NCBI GenBank assembly: GCA_015680685.1
Contig: MNCI01002105.1
Coordinates: forward strand, 1-64,000
DNA: 64,000 nt
Reading direction: 5' to 3'
DNA from: Gnetum montanum
Lineage: Eukaryota; Plantae; Gnetophyta
Position numbers and translations under genes: made by a program
The notes under the pieces: generated by a model
Told to the model about the DNA's origin: nothing
The model's input: the letters and a program-made list of their open reading frames with translations, nothing else
The model's database searches: none
Shown here: positions 61,968-64,000 of the stretch, piece after piece
Position numbering within the stretch: the stretch's first letter is position 1
How the letters are laid out: the number at the start of each line of letters is the position of its first letter

Positions 61968-63771
61968 AACAATAGATCTAGAATTCCTCGATGAGCATGT
62001 CACTAGTGTAAGCTAAGTGCTTAACAACTTCAATGCACTTTCACACTTTGATGATGCTTCAACCTCCCAAGGGGGTAGCACCATTGCCATAATCATGTTC
62101 CCCTATGGGGATATCTAATCCTTTGCATATCACTTTACCTTTTCATGCACTAATAATGTGGCAAAGTATGATGCTCTCCTTCGAGGTATCTTAGCAACTT
62201 GTAACCTAGGAATACAAAACCTAGCAATCCAAGGAGACTCACAACTAGTCGTTAACTAAGTCATAGAGGTTTACACTTGCAAAGCCCAACACTTGAAGCC
62301 TTACTATGACTTGGTGAAGCACCTACTCAAGTGATTTGCAACTGGTGATGTTTAGCATATCCCCCATAACAAAAATGCCATCGCCAAGGCATTAGCTACA
62401 TTAGCCTTAAGCATTACATATGAAATGTTTTGCACATTACCCACTGCAATGGTGGATTGCATTATGCCTATCATGCAAACAACTGACACTGCATCCATCA
62501 TCAAAATAAGCACAACCCACGCAGTAGAGTGGTATGATGACTTCAAGTCATACATTCTATAAGGTAAACCTTCGCAGCATCTAACCACTACCTAAAAGGA
62601 TGCAATGCAAAAGTGATTGTAGCAGTACATCATTATAGGTCATAGAACTTTGTGCCACCGATCCTATAATGGCATATTATTGACATGCATCAATGATAGT
62701 GAAGCATAGATGATCATAGAATAAGTCCATGAGGGACTCTGCGAAGGTCACATAGCACCCAGGTAAATAGTAGAAAAAATCAAACACTTAGGCTACTATT
62801 GGCCTTACATGGAGCACAATTGCATCTTCAAGGTCAAGATGTATGATACATGTCAATGACATGGTAACCTCATGCATGTGCCACCTCCTGAACTGCATAC
62901 CACATAGATCACGTGGCCATTCCAACGTTGGGGATTGGACATCATAGGACCAATAATGCCTACGTCCTTCACAAGACATAGTTTCATTATAACAGCCACT
63001 AAGTATCTTATGAAGTGGCTTGAAGTTATTCCCCTTAAGATGACCACATCATAGTAGGTTTGCAAATTCATACTTGATAACATAGTGTCTCGTTTTGGTT
63101 TACCCATGACCATAGTCATAGACAATGGATCATAGTTTAGTACTACTAAAATCAAGGCCTTTTTCAAATGCCTCAAAATTAAACATTCCTTCTTATCGCC
63201 TTACTACCCACAGGCAAATGACCAAGCAGAGGCCACAAACAAAGTCATCGTCAACCTTCTAAAGAAGATGGTTCACAGCAGCAAGAGATGATGGCATGAG
63301 TAGTTGATCTATGCACTCTGGGCCTATTGCATGACATGAAGAACTGCAATAGGTAAGATGCCATACAGTTTGGTTTATGGGTCTAAAGACATCTTGCCTC
63401 TTGAATTGTAGGTCCTACCACTCTGCATAAACTTCTCAAGCTTCATAGATGAGGCTCAAAATGATGATTTAAGGGACACAGACCTTGACTCAATAGAGGA
63501 GGAGTGTATGTAAACACTCGATCACATCAAGTAGTACCAAAAAATGCAATGGAAAAAGTGCCATCATAATCAACATTAATGCCTGATCAAGGAGGGGGAC
63601 TTGGTCCTCAAGGCTATTCGCAAACCTGTGGATAAATTCTCAGCCAACTGGGAAGGGCCTTTCTTGGTTGTCAAGGCTTATGGTAATGGAGCATTCAATC
63701 TTGCTAACCATGATAATAATAAATTTGCTAATCCAATGAACCACTCATACCCAAATCCATACTACACATAG
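61968..63771 (+). pseudogene. pol: pol of E, aRH-INT part
   Basis: HFDDAS, TNNVAKYDALLRG, IQGDSQLVV (aRH); HEGLCEGH, WGLDIIGP, IDNG, PYYPQANDQAEATNK, KFSANWEGPF (INT). Confidence 0.92.
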
Positions 63772-63799
63772 TGCATCAATAACAAAGCAAGGTAAGTAA

Positions 63800-64000
63800 G
63801 AGTTTGCTACAACTATAAACTAGCATAAATTAGTCCACAATGACTAGAAACTAGCATAGTAGAGTCCATTATGACTATAAAATAGCACTACATAGTCCTC
63901 TATGACTATAAGCTACCACAGATTAGTCTGCTACAACTATAAATTGGCACAGCATAGTCCACTATGACTATAAACTAGCATAGCATGTCTGCTATGAAGA
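63800..64000 (+). repeat. Tandem array (about 30 bp units, ACTATAAACTAGCA core) in E's 3' UTR
   Basis: Repeated ATGACTATAAACTAGCA...AGTCC units up to the window end. Confidence 0.8.

Larger units (their letters stand above)
37040..64000 (+). mobile_element. Tat/Ogre-like element E (5' LTR, PBS, gag-PR, intron with antisense gene, pol, 3' tandem array); runs off the window
   Basis: LTR 37040-38682, tRNA-Asn PBS, colinear with D throughout. Continuity across the 46.6-49.2 kb insert/gap is inferred from colinearity with D. Confidence 0.75.

Overview
Land-plant intergenic DNA made almost entirely of decayed, nested Ty3/gypsy LTR retrotransposons. I found no intact host gene, RNA gene or CRISPR array. 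Bases 1-24,159 hold three Athila-like elements: B (minus strand), A (full length, 1962-15076, inserted in B's gag) and C (starts at 16419). Bases 24,160-64,000 hold three Tat/Ogre-like elements with the order RT-RH-aRH-INT. D is on the minus strand, E is on the plus strand inside D's 5' leader, and G is on the minus strand (52479-61962, complete, with a target-site duplication [TSD]) inside E's pol. An unresolved insert with an assembly gap lies at about 46.6-49.2 kb. Three observations stand out. (1) In D and E, gag-protease and RT are separated by a multi-kb Ogre-type intron that holds an antisense, multi-exon accessory gene with its own TATA box (plant-mobile-domain/Athila-ORF-like). (2) G has two LTRs but lacks capsid, nucleocapsid and protease. 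It keeps only the Gag N-terminal domain, apparently joined by a short intron to RT-RH-aRH-INT. (3) Family-specific palindromic motifs are repeated in the LTRs and around the internal accessory-gene promoters. All calls come from manual reading and translation; no database searches were run.
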